Shown here: positions 61,897 through 64,000 of the stretch, in pieces | How the letters are laid out: every line of letters begins with the position of its first letter | Position numbering within the stretch: the stretch's first letter is position 1 | Source of the DNA: an uncultured Nitrospiraceae bacterium | GTDB lineage: Bacteria; Nitrospirota; Thermodesulfovibrionia; Thermodesulfovibrionales; Dissulfurispiraceae | NCBI GenBank assembly: GCA_963705105.1 | Contig: CAVPIW010000012.1 | Coordinates: 192,001 to 256,000, forward strand | Direction of reading: 5' to 3' | DNA: 64,000 nucleotides | Notes under the pieces: model-generated | Databases searched by the model: none | Told to the model about the DNA's origin: nothing | The model's input: only the letters and a program-made list of their open reading frames with translations | Position numbers and translations under genes: made by a program

Positions 61897-62811
61897 ATGC
61901 TCAACAAAACAGAAAAGATATGGATGGACGGCAAGCTGGTCGCCTGGGACGACGCGAACGTCCACATTCTGACCCATACGCTTCATTACGGGCTCGGAGT
62001 GTTTGAGGGTATCCGCTGCTACCTCACGCCGAAGGGACCGGCCGTCTTCAAACTGGCAGAGCACGTGAAGAGGCTCTTCCAGTCCGCCCACATCTTTCTC
62101 ATGGAGATGCCCTACACCGAAGAGGAGATCAGGCAGGCCATTCTCGAGACCATCAGGTCGAACGGGGTGCAGGAATGCTACATCCGGCCCCTCGTCTACA
62201 TCGGCTACGGCGCGATGGGGCTCTTCCCGAAGGGCAACCCGACCAGGGTGGCCATCGCCGTCTGGCCCTGGGGCACCTATCTCGGGGAGGACGCCCTCGA
62301 GCAGGGAATCAGGGTGAAGGTGTCATCGTTCATCAGGAACCATGTGAATTCTAGCATGTCCCGGGGCAAGGTCTGCGGCTACTATGTCAACTCCCAGCTC
62401 GCCAAGAAGGAGGCCATCTCCTGCGGCTATGACGAAGCGCTCCTCCTCGACACGGAGGGATACGTCTCCGAGGGCAGCGGTGAGAATGTGTTCGTCGTGA
62501 GAAACGGTGAGCTGAAAACGACACCTCTCACGTCGATCCTCGAGGGCATCACGAGGGACAGCATCCTTACCCTTGCAAAGGACAGGGGGATCGTCACCAG
62601 GGAGGAGAGGTTCACAAGGGACGAGATCTACATCGCCGACGAGGCCTTCTTCACCGGGACGGCAGCGGAGATCACGCCGATCAGGGAGCTCGACGGCAGG
62701 ACCATCGGCTCCGGCAAGGCTGGACCGGTGACCCGTGCCCTCCAGTCCGCATTCTTCGATATCGTCAAGGGGAAGAGCCGGGACTACGAGTCCTGGATAA
62801 CCTACGTTTAG
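61897..62811 (+). CDS. ilvE: Branched-chain amino acid aminotransferase
   Basis: LHYG.GVFEG, YIRP, K..G.Y.NS, EGSGEN, LEGITR, GTAAE. Confidence 0.96.
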   Translation: MLNKTEKIWMDGKLVAWDDANVHILTHTLHYGLGVFEGIRCYLTPKGPAVFKLAEHVKRLFQSAHIFLMEMPYTEEEIRQAILETIRSNGVQECYIRPLVYIGYGAMGLFPKGNPTRVAIAVWPWGTYLGEDALEQGIRVKVSSFIRNHVNSSMSRGKVCGYYVNSQLAKKEAISCGYDEALLLDTEGYVSEGSGENVFVVRNGELKTTPLTSILEGITRDSILTLAKDRGIVTREERFTRDEIYIADEAFFTGTAAEITPIRELDGRTIGSGKAGPVTRALQSAFFDIVKGKSRDYESWITYV

Positions 62812-62835
62812 CCCGCCTTCCGGTCCGGTCAGCCC

Positions 62836-63912
62836 GTGACATTCGGAAAGAATGACCGCATCCGTCATCCAACCTTCGGTTTCGGCACGATTGTCGACAT
62901 AAACGAGGACGGTTTTGCCGACGTCCTTTTTGACGCCGGCGGCCGCAAGCGGGTGTCGTTGAAGTACGCCAGGCTCTCCCTGGTCTCCCTCGAGGAAGAG
63001 GCGGCATTGATTGCCGAAAGCCAGCGCTTCTATGACGAGACCTTTGCACCTGCCGATGATCCGCAGGCTCACGGGCATCGCCCCCATCTGGCGCTTATTA
63101 CTGAGGATGTGACGATGTTCATCAACGAGGTGCTGCCGACGGCCCTCAGGGAGAGCAGCGTCGTCCGGTGCTGGGCCGACGAACATCTCCCCGTCATCGT
63201 CTTTCCGCCTGAAGAACCGAAGGCGGTCAACGTTTCATGGCCCTCCCGGTACTACGGGGTGATGATGCTCATCCGTGTCAACGAGCAGACTGAAACGTAC
63301 GAATGCATCAGCGCCTTTCCGTGGTTCGGCGACGGCTCGTCTCACAGGATTCTTCTGCAGGGTGTGTTTCCCTGGGCCAGCCGCGTGGAGGGCCATGTAT
63401 CTGGGACGGTCGGCGGTCTGCCTGTCACGTTTTTCGATACCCTCTTCGCCCGTCACAAGGCGTACTATGTTTCGGGAATATTCTACCGGTTCGTTCTGCT
63501 CGGGATCGCCTATGCCTGTGAGGCCGAAAAGCCCGAGGGGTTTGTGGTGACCGATCCCGAGGTTATCCGCATCCTGACAGGTGCAGGGAAGGGTGACGAT
63601 AACGTCCTCTCGCCGATGCGGATCGAGGCGACCGCAGAGCCGGTCTTCCGCCCCTTGGAAGAAGGGGACCGCGGCGATTATCATTTTCAGGGACCTGTCA
63701 GGGCCGTTACGGACACGGGGTTGTTCGGTCAGAAGGTGTGGCAGGTGCGCGTCACCGTGGCCAAGTCACCCGAAGACGGATCGGACATCGACCTCGACAT
63801 CTACGTTGTCCGGAAAGCTCTGAAGGGGGACAGGCAGCCTGAGGCAGGCGACGAACTGAAGGGGACATTGTGGCTGCAGGGACATCTGGTCTCTCCGGAA
63901 GAGGTCCAATAA
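62836..63912 (+). CDS. Hypothetical protein with N-terminal PcrA/UvrD-CTD (Tudor)-like domain
   Basis: DRIRHPTFGFGTIV...VLFD.GG.K.VSLKYARL; 358-aa ORF followed by a terminator. Confidence 0.75.
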   Translation: MTFGKNDRIRHPTFGFGTIVDINEDGFADVLFDAGGRKRVSLKYARLSLVSLEEEAALIAESQRFYDETFAPADDPQAHGHRPHLALITEDVTMFINEVLPTALRESSVVRCWADEHLPVIVFPPEEPKAVNVSWPSRYYGVMMLIRVNEQTETYECISAFPWFGDGSSHRILLQGVFPWASRVEGHVSGTVGGLPVTFFDTLFARHKAYYVSGIFYRFVLLGIAYACEAEKPEGFVVTDPEVIRILTGAGKGDDNVLSPMRIEATAEPVFRPLEEGDRGDYHFQGPVRAVTDTGLFGQKVWQVRVTVAKSPEDGSDIDLDIYVVRKALKGDRQPEAGDELKGTLWLQGHLVSPEEVQ

Positions 63913-63940
63913 AAACCCCGCTGCAGTGAGCGGGGTTTTT
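63911..63940. terminator. Bidirectional intrinsic terminator
   Basis: AAAAACCCCGCT-GCAGTG-AGCGGGGTTTTT. Confidence 0.9.
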
Positions 63941-64000
63941 ATGTCCGGGAAGCCACGGTCCGACCGTCAGATCGGAACGATGGTTATTTCTTGTGGCACT

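Overview
This is a GC-rich bacterial chromosome segment from an anaerobe. Gene order (ilvC-psd-pssA-leuA-gpsA; trmFO-xerC-hslVU-argB) and redox content suggest Nitrospirota or a Desulfobacterota-like lineage, which is inference only. The left 14 kb holds three redox modules: a molybdopterin oxidoreductase with FeS, diheme cytochrome c and TorD-type genes; an AOR with its own MoaD/MoeB-like genes; and a tetraheme cytochrome c/FeS/NrfD trio. A decayed integrative element abuts tRNA-Val(GAC). The middle and right parts are mostly housekeeping genes. About 46-54 kb is an accessory polymorphic-toxin locus with three Rhs C-terminal modules, two independently inserted IS256-family elements, a BrnT/BrnA-type TA pair and a truncated integrase. 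Each Rhs module carries a short Cys-rich tip followed by a membrane protein. One tip becomes readable only after excising an IS and correcting a frameshift. The most striking unexplained structure is a dense family of non-coding intergenic elements of about 170-360 bp. They are long imperfect hairpins (arms AAAGGCGGGGCG...CGCCCCGCCTTTCC) with an asymmetric tail, built in mosaic fashion from interchangeable modules: a second nested hairpin and 6-, 7- and 9-nt micro-arrays. All calls come from reading motifs by eye; no database searches were run.
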